Shown here: positions 28,607 through 38,107 of the stretch, piece by piece
Layout: each line of letters opens with the position of its first letter
Position numbering within the stretch: position 1 is the first letter of the stretch
From: an uncultured archaeon
GTDB taxonomy: Archaea > Asgardarchaeota > Hermodarchaeia > Hermodarchaeales > Hermodarchaeaceae
DNA length: 64,000 bases
Direction: 5' to 3'
NCBI GenBank assembly: GCA_964347045.1
Contig: CAYFXC010000007.1
Location: 23,853-87,852, forward strand
Notes under the pieces: model-generated
Database searches by the model: none
Told to the model about the DNA's origin: nothing
Seen by the model: only the letters and a program-made list of their open reading frames with translations
Made by a program: the position numbers and the translations under genes

Positions 28607-31183
28607 ATGCGTCCATTAAAACCTCCCTTTAGTTTAGCCCTAGTTCCAGAGAAGAAACGAGAGCTTGCAGCATTCATCATTGTGTTTCGCCCAAAACGAT
28701 CAAATTTACCGATATTACGGGCACGTATCAAGTTTCAGATGAAAGAAGGAAGACTTCGACCAGCGAAGCTTTGGCTAGTTCAAAAGGGAGGCATCAAACC
28801 CGTTGACCCAAGAACCTTTTTGAACTGGGTACGGAATGCCGAATATGTTGCCATCCCTCGATCGCCACGTTTTCCATTTTTAGCAGAATTAAAAGGAATG
28901 CTGCGAGATTTTGGCGTAAAAGATCCTGTGATAGTTCGGGCTTGCAGTTCATGCATTACAGACGGCAGGTTGACTATGTTACGCAAGCAGCAAGTATACC
29001 GACTTGAAGGTCAACCAGTATGTTACAAGTGTGCCTCCCGGGAGTTGACGAATCGCCTTCAATCGATAGACGTTGAAGTTTCGAAGAAAGCCTATGGCAG
29101 TTTAGAAACAATGTTGCAACGGTTACAATCGGTAGAAAAGGTTGCATCTTTTCTTTCATCACAATTTCGTCCAAGCCAAAATCCTGCCATGACACTATAT
29201 GATCAGGTTCAAGCAGTCAAAGAACCTGAAGAAAAAGTGCCTCTTGCGACGCTACCAATTTCATCGAAATTAATACAGGTCTTTGAAAAGTCTGGAGTTG
29301 AATTTCTCCTCCCAATTCAAACCAAGGCTTTGAATGCTGGATTACTAGACGGCAACTCAATTTTGGCTGTCTCGGATACAACTAGTGGAAAATCCCTAGT
29401 AGGTGAGCTTGCCGGATTAAACACTGCAATGCAAGGGAAGGTCTACATTTACTTATCGCCTTTGGTCGCATTAGCTAATCAAAAATACCATGAATATCGT
29501 GAGAAATTCGAGCCCCTTGGATTACGTGTAGCAATTCGCGTTGGTATGAGCGGTATTGATGTCGGAGAAGAAGCACTTGTTATTGTCGACGATGATGTCA
29601 CTGATGCAAACATTATAGTTGCTAGTTATGAGGGATTCGATTATTTACTTCGATCAGGAAAAGCTGACAAGTTTGGTGATGTTGGCGTTGTTGTCATCGA
29701 TGAAATCCAAATGGTTGCTGATGAGGACCGAGGACCAGAACTAGATGGCTTAATCACACGTTTACGAACGCTCTTTCCAAACGCCCAATTAGTAGCATTA
29801 TCAGCAACCGTTGGAAACCCGAATGAATTAGCTCAAGAGCTGGAATTGGAACCAGTCATTCTTCGTGGTCGCCCTGTACCTTTACAACGTCACTTGATTA
29901 TGGTGCTTACAGAACCGGATAAACTAAGAATTATTGCAGATCTTAGTAAATCTGAATACAAGCAAAAAAGCTCATATGGTTTCCAGGGGCAAACAATTGT
30001 ATTTACAAATTCTCGTCGAAGTACACACTCGATTGCAACAGAACTTCAAAAGCAACGAATTCTTGCTAAAGCATATCATGCCGGAATGACATATCCTCAA
30101 CGACGTCAAATCGAAGATGCATTTGCATCAGGAAAAATCGCTGTTGTTGTTACAACGGCGGCATTAGCCGCAGGTGTGGATTTTCCGGCTAGCATGGTTA
30201 TTTTTCAAAGTTTAATGATGGGAACAAAAACTTTGAGTGTTGGCGAATTCACACAAATGCTAGGTCGTGCGGGTCGACTTGGAAAACATGATGTTGGAAA
30301 AGCTGTGTTACTAGCAGAAATCGGAAGAAGATATTTTGGAGATGAACCCAAAACCGAAGAAGAGGTTGCTTTGGATTTATTGAATAACCCTATTGAAGAA
30401 GTACACCCAGAAGCAACCTTCGAACAATCCGTTGATCAGCTCCTTGCAACTCTATCATGTTATGATACAATACCGCGAACGCACCTAGAAAATGCTTATC
30501 AACGATTATTATCTCGTACAGTAACATTCAATGAGGGACTTCGGTTTTTAAAGCGACATAATCTTGCTACCCAAAGTGGACAAGAAGTCATGCCCACGGA
30601 GTTGGGTCGAGCTGCGGCAATTTCATATTTCTCAGCTTCCAATGTCGCAGCTATTCAAGAATATCGCTACAATACCGCGGATTCCTTATCAGTTACTCTT
30701 GAACCGCTAAGGAACGCATATCTATCACCCAGATTACAAAGTGAAATTGAGCGCACTCTTCGCACCCGCTTTGCTACCAGATTATTTGCTGGTGCGGTAT
30801 TAGATCTAATGAGTACAAAGCGTAGTCGACGACTAAAACGACTACCAAGATGGGTATTACGAACATTTAGTAAATGGACAGTAGACTTCTTCAATTGCCA
30901 TTGTAATGAAAACCCTTTCTGTGATTGCGGGATTTGGAAAGTGTCGAAAGCCGTTTTAGAAATGCGCTATCGTGGGTTCACACCATCACAAATAAACTCA
31001 GCATTTCTTGAAGAGTATGAGCTATTCATCTATCCCGGCGACATCTTTAGTTTTCTTGATAACCAAGTGCATATACTCCAAGGCATCATTCGAGTGGCAG
31101 AGGTAATTGGACGATATGAATTAGCTGAAAACGCCGCCAGGGTAATTGAAGCAATTGAAAATCCAATTCATACCGGAGTTTAA
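28607..31183 (+). CDS. Archaea-specific Ski2-like SF2 helicase (DUF5814-type)
   Basis: LLPIQ, TTSGKS, DEIQ, SATVGN, YHAG, QMLGRAGR; Cys clusters at both ends; YPGD motif. Confidence 0.9.
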   Translation: MRPLKPPFSLALVPEKKRELAAFIIVFRPKRSNLPILRARIKFQMKEGRLRPAKLWLVQKGGIKPVDPRTFLNWVRNAEYVAIPRSPRFPFLAELKGMLRDFGVKDPVIVRACSSCITDGRLTMLRKQQVYRLEGQPVCYKCASRELTNRLQSIDVEVSKKAYGSLETMLQRLQSVEKVASFLSSQFRPSQNPAMTLYDQVQAVKEPEEKVPLATLPISSKLIQVFEKSGVEFLLPIQTKALNAGLLDGNSILAVSDTTSGKSLVGELAGLNTAMQGKVYIYLSPLVALANQKYHEYREKFEPLGLRVAIRVGMSGIDVGEEALVIVDDDVTDANIIVASYEGFDYLLRSGKADKFGDVGVVVIDEIQMVADEDRGPELDGLITRLRTLFPNAQLVALSATVGNPNELAQELELEPVILRGRPVPLQRHLIMVLTEPDKLRIIADLSKSEYKQKSSYGFQGQTIVFTNSRRSTHSIATELQKQRILAKAYHAGMTYPQRRQIEDAFASGKIAVVVTTAALAAGVDFPASMVIFQSLMMGTKTLSVGEFTQMLGRAGRLGKHDVGKAVLLAEIGRRYFGDEPKTEEEVALDLLNNPIEEVHPEATFEQSVDQLLATLSCYDTIPRTHLENAYQRLLSRTVTFNEGLRFLKRHNLATQSGQEVMPTELGRAAAISYFSASNVAAIQEYRYNTADSLSVTLEPLRNAYLSPRLQSEIERTLRTRFATRLFAGAVLDLMSTKRSRRLKRLPRWVLRTFSKWTVDFFNCHCNENPFCDCGIWKVSKAVLEMRYRGFTPSQINSAFLEEYELFIYPGDIFSFLDNQVHILQGIIRVAEVIGRYELAENAARVIEAIENPIHTGV

Positions 31184-31956
31184 TCGTCAAAAATGAAATA
31201 TTTCCTGTTTCCTAGTACATAGGTAAGTATTGAATTAAATTCTGTTTCAACGACTTGAGTTGAACTTGAAGAAGCGGTTGGGTCTGTTTGCATTTCGATG
31301 ATAATCCATTCTTCAAAACTTGCGGGATTAAACGCTTCGAATTCCATTTTATCAATGCGGAATGTCCAAATTCGGTTAGTATCACTGAATCTATTACGTA
31401 CTAAGGCGTCCTTGAAAGGTGAATATAACCGATTCTTTTGTCCTCCTAGAAGAAATCGTGCCTTTTTCATCCCAGAGATGAGAGAGATATTTCTAGGTAC
31501 AATGCTTTGCTCTTCGATGAGAGTACGGGGAAGTCCACCCTCCGTGGTTATCGTGAGGATTTGACCTGAATCTTCAACAGTTCCTTTTTTGATTACTAAT
31601 GTGCGAATAATTTCCTGGACCTGTTCAACTGAAGCTTGTTCAAGAGGATCTAATATTTCTGGGTTTATGATGTCAAGAAGTGGAATTGGTTCACGCGGAC
31701 GCATTTTTGTTGGATCAAATATAACTGCACCGACAAGATATTCTACATCCACTGGTTTTCCTTTAATCATAACTTGTCCTTTGACGACGCCCGGACCAAT
31801 AAAGGCTGAACGCACAACTTCCTCTTGAAGAAAGCTGAATAATTGCCTAGAGGCAATGAGAAGTTCTCCGCCAAGAGTAATTTTTTCTCCCAGGATCGTG
31901 AAACCCGGAATAACATAATCTAATACCCAAAGAAGGGGTGGGTTTTCTTCAGTCAT
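31180..31956 (-). CDS. Hypothetical protein
   Basis: 258-aa ORF co-oriented with the upstream gene; no family recognised. Confidence 0.7.
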   Translation of the reverse strand: MTEENPPLLWVLDYVIPGFTILGEKITLGGELLIASRQLFSFLQEEVVRSAFIGPGVVKGQVMIKGKPVDVEYLVGAVIFDPTKMRPREPIPLLDIINPEILDPLEQASVEQVQEIIRTLVIKKGTVEDSGQILTITTEGGLPRTLIEEQSIVPRNISLISGMKKARFLLGGQKNRLYSPFKDALVRNRFSDTNRIWTFRIDKMEFEAFNPASFEEWIIIEMQTDPTASSSSTQVVETEFNSILTYVLGNRKYFIFDD

Positions 31957-31976
31957 GTTAATTCATCTCAATGCAT

Positions 31977-33194
31977 TCAACTTTCATTATTGCTTGGTTT
32001 TGAGCGAAGTTCAGGGATTTTTGCCAATAGGTTCTCAAGGACGTAATTTTCAATTTGTGCTCGATAATCCTCCCCCGCTAAATTTTGGATTTCGCGTAAT
32101 TCTTTTCGAATCACAGTTTTCTTCGAGCGAGTCCAAGAAAATCTATTATCCAAATCAAAAATGATGGTTGTTCCGATTTTATCAAGTGGCGTACCTTGTT
32201 CGATTAGATTATCTGTGACTGTTGTGATTTTTTCGCTTAAGAACGGAGCCCGTTCATCGGGTTTTTTCATTGAAGCGAGCCATACATCTCGTTCCAGATA
32301 ATCTAAAGGCGTTTGTAAAGGAGGACCCATTTGGGGTCTTGCTGGGAAAGGTGCAGAAACGAAACCAAACTTCGGTTTTTCATCAAGCGATTCTGGTGGA
32401 GATGGTGAAACCTCAATTAGAATTTCGCCAGCAGTATTTGAAGAAACGGTCTCAAGTGGTCCTTGGACTTCTTTAATCAGGAGTTGAATTTCACCAAGTA
32501 TTTTTTCCATTAACCGGGATTCTTCTTCCTCTTCGTCTTGTTGACTTAGAGATTGCTCATATCGTCGTAGCTTAATCAGCAAAGAGGCACGAGCGCCATT
32601 TATAGCATCATCAATTTCAGAATTCGTAGATCCGATTAATCCCCCCGTAATCGCTCGAATTGCAAGTGTAATTTTTGCACCCTCATGATCATTTAACCAT
32701 CGTTCAATTAAGGGTTGAAAATAGCAATCATTGATTTTTTTTCTTTGCGCTAAAACCGCAATAACTTGTTCGTTTGCGGGTTCAATTTCATCAGAAATAG
32801 TTCGTTCAAGATTTACTAAATTTCGAAGATCGGTCAGTAGTATTTTGCCAAGTTGTCCATAAAGATATTCAATCCATTTCCCTTCCGTTATAGCTACTTC
32901 TCGTTGATATGTATCGATTTCAGGAACCGGCCTTCCTATTTGGGCTCGACGATCAAATTCCTGCATAAGAATACGGCAAGAGGGTTTGGGGTCTGGAATA
33001 ACTCCATCTAACATAACCCTATATGCTACTCGGGCAACCTCAAGATGAACACAACATTCGTCAGCAATAGCGAGTGCGGCATCATCAGGTACACGTGCAA
33101 CTTTCTCGTCTAGCGTTCCATAAGTCGATTCAAACTCTTCAGCTATGCGCCGACTTAAACGCCGTATTTCATCTTCATCAACATAATGGCTCAT
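31977..33194 (-). CDS. Hypothetical, mostly helical protein
   Basis: 405-aa ORF, acidic and helical; no family recognised. Confidence 0.75.
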   Translation of the reverse strand: MSHYVDEDEIRRLSRRIAEEFESTYGTLDEKVARVPDDAALAIADECCVHLEVARVAYRVMLDGVIPDPKPSCRILMQEFDRRAQIGRPVPEIDTYQREVAITEGKWIEYLYGQLGKILLTDLRNLVNLERTISDEIEPANEQVIAVLAQRKKINDCYFQPLIERWLNDHEGAKITLAIRAITGGLIGSTNSEIDDAINGARASLLIKLRRYEQSLSQQDEEEEESRLMEKILGEIQLLIKEVQGPLETVSSNTAGEILIEVSPSPPESLDEKPKFGFVSAPFPARPQMGPPLQTPLDYLERDVWLASMKKPDERAPFLSEKITTVTDNLIEQGTPLDKIGTTIIFDLDNRFSWTRSKKTVIRKELREIQNLAGEDYRAQIENYVLENLLAKIPELRSKPSNNES

Positions 33195-33308
33195 ATCCTA
33201 TCATTCCTCGACATCAGTTTATACAGCTTTTCCGCTTAGTAGCCACAAGGATACTACAAAGTAGTTGTGGATTGGCTTAAGTGTTATGGCAAAGGGCGAG
33301 TAAGATAT

Positions 33309-33325
33309 TATTCGTCTGACGAATA
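33309..33325. promoter_or_regulatory. Inverted repeat upstream of mat (candidate operator)
   Basis: TATTCGTC-T-GACGAATA in the divergent intergenic region. Confidence 0.4.
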
Positions 33326-33394
33326 TTCGAGGATGTAAAGAGGAAATTCTTAAAAATCAAAGTCATCCATCCGGGCTAACCCAAGGTGAAGAAA

Positions 33395-34612
33395 ATGTCC
33401 CGAAATATCGCTGTTACGAAAGCATTTACACTTCCCATCGAAGATCAATCACTAGAAATCGTTGAACGGAAAGGGAAAGGTCATCCGGATACAATTCTTG
33501 ACGCCATTGTTGAGAATGTTGGTGTGAAATTCTGTAACTATTACATCGACAATTTTGGCGGAATTCTCCATTACAATGTTGACAAAGGCTCAATTGCTGG
33601 AGGACGTGCTCAAGTAGACTTTGGTGGGGGAGAATTATTAGAACCGATTTACATTTGTGTTGTGGGCCGAGCAACCACAGAAGTCTTCAAAGAAGGGAAT
33701 TTACTCAGGGTTCCTATTGGAACTTTGACCCTTGAATCGATGAAGAAAACATTACAAAATACATTGCGTTTCCTAGACCCAACACAACAAGTTATGATGG
33801 ATTACAAAATAAAACCCGGTTCGGCCGACCTCACACATGTTTTTGATCATTCAGTTGATGACATTCCTCGTGCAAATGATACTAGCTTCGGTGTTGCGTT
33901 TGCGCCCTTTTCAGAAACCGAAACACTCGTGTTTGAGATGGAACAACTTCTGAACTCGGATGCCTTCAAAAAGAAGCATCCAGAAGTTGGTGAAGATATC
34001 AAAGTAATGGGACTACGAACCAACAGCGATATCAAACTAACCGTCGCGGCGGCGATGATTGCACATCTAATTCCCGATGCGGATCACTATCAAGGAGTTC
34101 TCGATGATGTAAAGAATGCTGTACTTGATAAAGCGGCGAAGATTACTGAACGTGAAGTTAGCGTGGTTGTTAACTCTGCGGATGACCCTCAACGAGGTAT
34201 GTACTATTTGACAATTACAGGAACATCTGCTGAGATGGGAGACGATGCTGGAGTAGGAAGAGGTAATCGTGCAAATGGATTGATTACTCCTTGTCGACCG
34301 ATGAGTCTTGAAGCTACGGCGGGAAAGAACCCACAAAACCATGTTGGGAAGATATACAATGTCTTAGCCCAACGCATCGCTGACCGAGTAATTTCTGAGG
34401 AACCCAAAGTTTCAGAAATCGCAGTCAAAATTCTAACACGAATTGGATATCCAATTGACCAACCATTAATCGCTTCAACTGAGGTAATCGCAGATGAACA
34501 AGCCTCTTGGAGGGCTGTCGAAAAAAATGTCGCAGCGATTGTTGACGCGGAGCTTGAGGATGTCTGTTCTGTTCAACAATTAATCTTAGATGGAAAAGCC
34601 CGTCTATTCTAG
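33395..34612 (+). CDS. mat: Archaeal S-adenosylmethionine synthetase
   Basis: EIVERKGKGHPD, ANDTSFGV, GEDIKVMG, GRGNRANGLITP, GKNPQNHVGKIYN; GGTGA SD before ATG 33395. Confidence 0.96.
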   Translation: MSRNIAVTKAFTLPIEDQSLEIVERKGKGHPDTILDAIVENVGVKFCNYYIDNFGGILHYNVDKGSIAGGRAQVDFGGGELLEPIYICVVGRATTEVFKEGNLLRVPIGTLTLESMKKTLQNTLRFLDPTQQVMMDYKIKPGSADLTHVFDHSVDDIPRANDTSFGVAFAPFSETETLVFEMEQLLNSDAFKKKHPEVGEDIKVMGLRTNSDIKLTVAAAMIAHLIPDADHYQGVLDDVKNAVLDKAAKITEREVSVVVNSADDPQRGMYYLTITGTSAEMGDDAGVGRGNRANGLITPCRPMSLEATAGKNPQNHVGKIYNVLAQRIADRVISEEPKVSEIAVKILTRIGYPIDQPLIASTEVIADEQASWRAVEKNVAAIVDAELEDVCSVQQLILDGKARLF

Positions 34613-34645
34613 CAGAAAAAAATCACGATAAGAGAATAAGCGACA

Positions 34646-34849
34646 TCAAAGTCCAAGTTGAACCAAGATGAGATGCACACCAAACCCAACAGCCAACGCA
34701 ATAAAAATAATTGCTATAATCATTTTCGACCAAGGAGGCTGGCGAGCCTTTTCCACCATATAAACTAGCCAGATTGCGAGAATAATACCAAAGGCAATTA
34801 GAAGTGCGCCATATACAGAATACCAGGGAAGAACCAACGACCATTGCAT
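34646..34849 (-). CDS. OST5/TMEM258-like oligosaccharyltransferase small subunit
   Basis: Two TM helices, LLIAFG....IWLVY.V and GFGVHLILVQLGL, aligning by eye with the TMEM258 pattern LLAIG....WFFVYEV / GFGVLFLLLWVGI; AGGTG SD. Confidence 0.65.
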   Translation of the reverse strand: MQWSLVLPWYSVYGALLIAFGIILAIWLVYMVEKARQPPWSKMIIAIIFIALAVGFGVHLILVQLGL

Positions 34850-34943
34850 GTTTGAAAACACCTTTAGATATTAGGAGAGAGTGAACCGCTTGCCCTTTTT
34901 AATTATTTTTGGTTTCGGTGATAAAGGCAGTTAAAGAATGTTG

Positions 34944-35696
34944 TTAAACTGTCATGGAATGTTTCTTATTGAATTCAGACTCATCGACGTGTAGTTTGCG
35001 ATGTAAAATCCCGCTCCGCTGGGTTTTCAACCGCACTTCTTTCGAGGTTAGTTGTTTCATGTCCGGCGGAAATATCAGATCTTGAATCTCATAGGTATTC
35101 TCAATGAGCAAAGAAGAAAACTCTGAAGGAACATCCTCAGCGAAATCAGGTACGAGTTCATGGAGAAGCTCTTGAACGAATTCAGTTCCTGAAGGAACTT
35201 GAGTTGTACTGAATTTGAGTCGTTCACTAAGTGGAGGTTCTTTCTGAGCCGATGGAATCTTTGCTTTCGTTTTATGAAGCCATCCTATTTTGGTGGATAA
35301 ATTACAAAAGATGTAAGCGTTTTCGCCGACACTCTCATAAAGAAGAGCCGCTTGTTTTGTAGTGAAGCTCCCGACTAGTTTTGACTGGTATAATAAAGTT
35401 CGGGGTTTCTTTTTCGACGGCGCTGCTTCAAATCCTAAATCTGCTAGAATCTCGTCGAGTGGTTCATAGCCTAAAATAATCCCTGAAAGCGACACGGTTT
35501 CTACAGGGACCATTGTAAGCATAACTGTTGCAGGTAGATCCTGATACATGAATGTTGAACGAACTTTGACTTTACCCACCTTGGTTATGGTTATTTCAGT
35601 AGCAGGTCCAGGATATTCGCCTCTACCATATCGAAGAAAAGCACGGTGCACGGAGCTATCTACCGAGTTGGTTAGTATCTTGGTTATGAAATGCAT
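34944..35696 (-). CDS. Hypothetical protein (resembles a conserved archaeal family)
   Basis: HRAFLRYGRGEY N-terminal motif, 250 aa. Confidence 0.7.
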   Translation of the reverse strand: MHFITKILTNSVDSSVHRAFLRYGRGEYPGPATEITITKVGKVKVRSTFMYQDLPATVMLTMVPVETVSLSGIILGYEPLDEILADLGFEAAPSKKKPRTLLYQSKLVGSFTTKQAALLYESVGENAYIFCNLSTKIGWLHKTKAKIPSAQKEPPLSERLKFSTTQVPSGTEFVQELLHELVPDFAEDVPSEFSSLLIENTYEIQDLIFPPDMKQLTSKEVRLKTQRSGILHRKLHVDESEFNKKHSMTV

Positions 35697-35824
35697 ATAC
35701 TCAGCACCAATTCATGGTTATAGAAGCTATTCAAAAATCATTAGGTTAGATATTGTCTGAAACGCATATCTTTTTACTATGATGAATGCTTCATTTTTCC
35801 TATTAGCGTTTTGAGGTTCTTGAA

Positions 35825-36379
35825 TTGAGCAAAGAGAAAAGTTGGAAACGGGAAATCATTGAAGACGCGATTATAATCGGGCTTGTATTAGTAATCGTTT
35901 GGGGAACGGGCATCGGGCTGCAGAGTTATCTTCAAACACCATCCCCGTTACTAGCTGTTGAATCGGCGTCTATGGAACCCACACTTTATCGTGGCGATCT
36001 TGTAATTGTCCGAGCAGTAGATCCAACCACATTACAAGTAGGAGATATCGTAATTTATAATGCTTCATCATTACTTGGTAATATTCGTGCTGTACCTATT
36101 GTTCATCGCATTGTAAATATCTATTACGAATCAGGTGAACTCCGATTTACGACTAAAGGAGACAATAACCCATCTAACGATCCTTTATTTCGGACTGCGG
36201 ACGATATCATTGCCAAGGTGATTGGTAGCATACGGTATCTGGGATTTATCACGCTTCTGTTGATATCACCCTATGGACTAACATCGATTATTGCATTGAT
36301 AGTGATTTTCGTTGTTACAACATTGCTTTTTGATAACCTTGTTCCACGAAAACCTGATGAAGAACTCGAAAATCCATAG
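35825..36379 (+). CDS. sec11: Signal peptidase I, Sec11/SPC18 type
   Basis: N-terminal TM, SASMEPTL.RGD, PIVHR, TKGDNN (Ser-His type). Confidence 0.92.
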   Translation: MSKEKSWKREIIEDAIIIGLVLVIVWGTGIGLQSYLQTPSPLLAVESASMEPTLYRGDLVIVRAVDPTTLQVGDIVIYNASSLLGNIRAVPIVHRIVNIYYESGELRFTTKGDNNPSNDPLFRTADDIIAKVIGSIRYLGFITLLLISPYGLTSIIALIVIFVVTTLLFDNLVPRKPDEELENP

Positions 36380-36505
36380 CAGAAAGAGCAAGGATAGGCA
36401 GATACTTTTTAACCATATATTAGAAAGTCTATGATGTTCAAACTTCTGCTCCAAGGCGATTCCTGGGAGAAGTGACACAGAACGAGAATTAAGTAGGCGA
36501 TTTAA

Positions 36506-38107
36506 ATGACTGAAGCAGTGACTTTTGAATCAATCTCACCAGCTGATTTCTTCTACCGAAACCGGTCAATCGCCGGTTTTGATAACAATATGAGAGCATT
36601 ATACACAGCTGTTCGTGAACTTGTGGAAAATTCCCTTGATGCTTGTGAAGATGGTGGATTCCTTCCAACAATTGATGTAAAGTTAAAAGAGGTCTCACCT
36701 AGCTGGTTTAAACTTCGTGTCCAGGATAACGGTATTGGTGTCCCCCGTGATCATATTCTCCCTGCTTTTGGACAAATTCTATATGGTTCGAAATATGAAC
36801 ACAAGCAAGCGCGTGGCCGCTTTGGCCTTGGTGGAAAGATGGCATTTCTTTTTGGGCAAATCACGACCAGCGAACCATTGCATGTCACATCCGCCCCCGT
36901 TGGTGGTGATCATGTCTTTGAGGTGACTTTACGACAGGACATTGAAGAAAACAAACCAGAACTAATGAAATGGGAACGCCGGAAAAATCGAAATGACGAG
37001 CGTGGGTGTACACTAGAGTTCACCTTGGAGGGTAACTGGCGAACTGCAAAGCGTTTTATCCTCGACTATATCGAACAAACCGCCCTAATTACACCCTATG
37101 CTAATCTCTCGTTTACGGAGCCTGATGGAACCGCCCATAAATACAAACGTTCAGTGAAGAAGCTGCCTCCCCCACCTCAATCAGTTAATCCCCACCCAAA
37201 GGGGATGGATATAGAACAGCTTTCCCGAGTGGTCGAGAATACAAGAACCACTGATATGGTGACATTTCTGCGTACTCATTTTCATCGTGTTGGACCTAAA
37301 ACCGCTAAAGCCTTCTTAAAAACCATTAATATGCCCTATTCCCAAGATCCCAGAGGGCTCAAACCCAATGATTTGGTTAAAATCGCTCGTGGTTTTGAAG
37401 AGTTTAGTAAATGGTTACCCCCCGATGCTCGAGTTCTTTCACCCCTAGGAATAAAACTCTTAGAAATGGGGATCCGTTCAACACTAAACCCAGAATTTGT
37501 CCAAGTGACTCAACGCCCGCCAAATAGCTATGGAGGTCATCCCTTCATTGTTGAATGTGGACTAGCTTATGGCGGTGGTGTTCCGTTGAAAGAATCGATA
37601 ATCATCTATCGGTTTGCCAATCGAATTCCATTGATTTTTGATGAGTACAAAGATGTTGCGGCTAAGGTGATTCGGGCAATTCCCTGGTCCCGATACCGAA
37701 TTCGTCCTGGTATGCCCATTGCGGCTTTTGTTGCAGTAGTAAGCACTAAAATTCCTTTCAAGACCGCAGGTAAGGAATTCATTGCAGATCTCACTGAATT
37801 AGAGCACGATATCCGTATGGGATTGATGGAATGTGCACGGAGTCTTAAAGGCCATTTACGCCAGAAAGAAAAAGTACAACGAGAACGAGTTCGCGCCAGT
37901 GTTTATGAAAAATACCTTCCAATTATTGCGCGGGATATTGCAGCATTAGCTGGAAAACGTAAGGTCCCGGATACAAAACCTCTTGTTCAAAGTGCGTTGA
38001 CGATAGAACTTGAAGGAGAAGAAGAACTAGAAGAGCTACCCCCCGCCGAAGAGGGACTTTTGGAAGAATCTCCACCAGAAGTTGAGAACCCTGAGGAGGA
38101 GGAATGA
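36506..38107 (+). CDS. top6B: DNA topoisomerase VI subunit B
   Basis: ELVENSLDA, DNGIG, GSKY..QARG.FGLG, RFANRIPL, KIPFKT.GKE. Confidence 0.97.
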   Translation: MTEAVTFESISPADFFYRNRSIAGFDNNMRALYTAVRELVENSLDACEDGGFLPTIDVKLKEVSPSWFKLRVQDNGIGVPRDHILPAFGQILYGSKYEHKQARGRFGLGGKMAFLFGQITTSEPLHVTSAPVGGDHVFEVTLRQDIEENKPELMKWERRKNRNDERGCTLEFTLEGNWRTAKRFILDYIEQTALITPYANLSFTEPDGTAHKYKRSVKKLPPPPQSVNPHPKGMDIEQLSRVVENTRTTDMVTFLRTHFHRVGPKTAKAFLKTINMPYSQDPRGLKPNDLVKIARGFEEFSKWLPPDARVLSPLGIKLLEMGIRSTLNPEFVQVTQRPPNSYGGHPFIVECGLAYGGGVPLKESIIIYRFANRIPLIFDEYKDVAAKVIRAIPWSRYRIRPGMPIAAFVAVVSTKIPFKTAGKEFIADLTELEHDIRMGLMECARSLKGHLRQKEKVQRERVRASVYEKYLPIIARDIAALAGKRKVPDTKPLVQSALTIELEGEEELEELPPAEEGLLEESPPEVENPEEEE

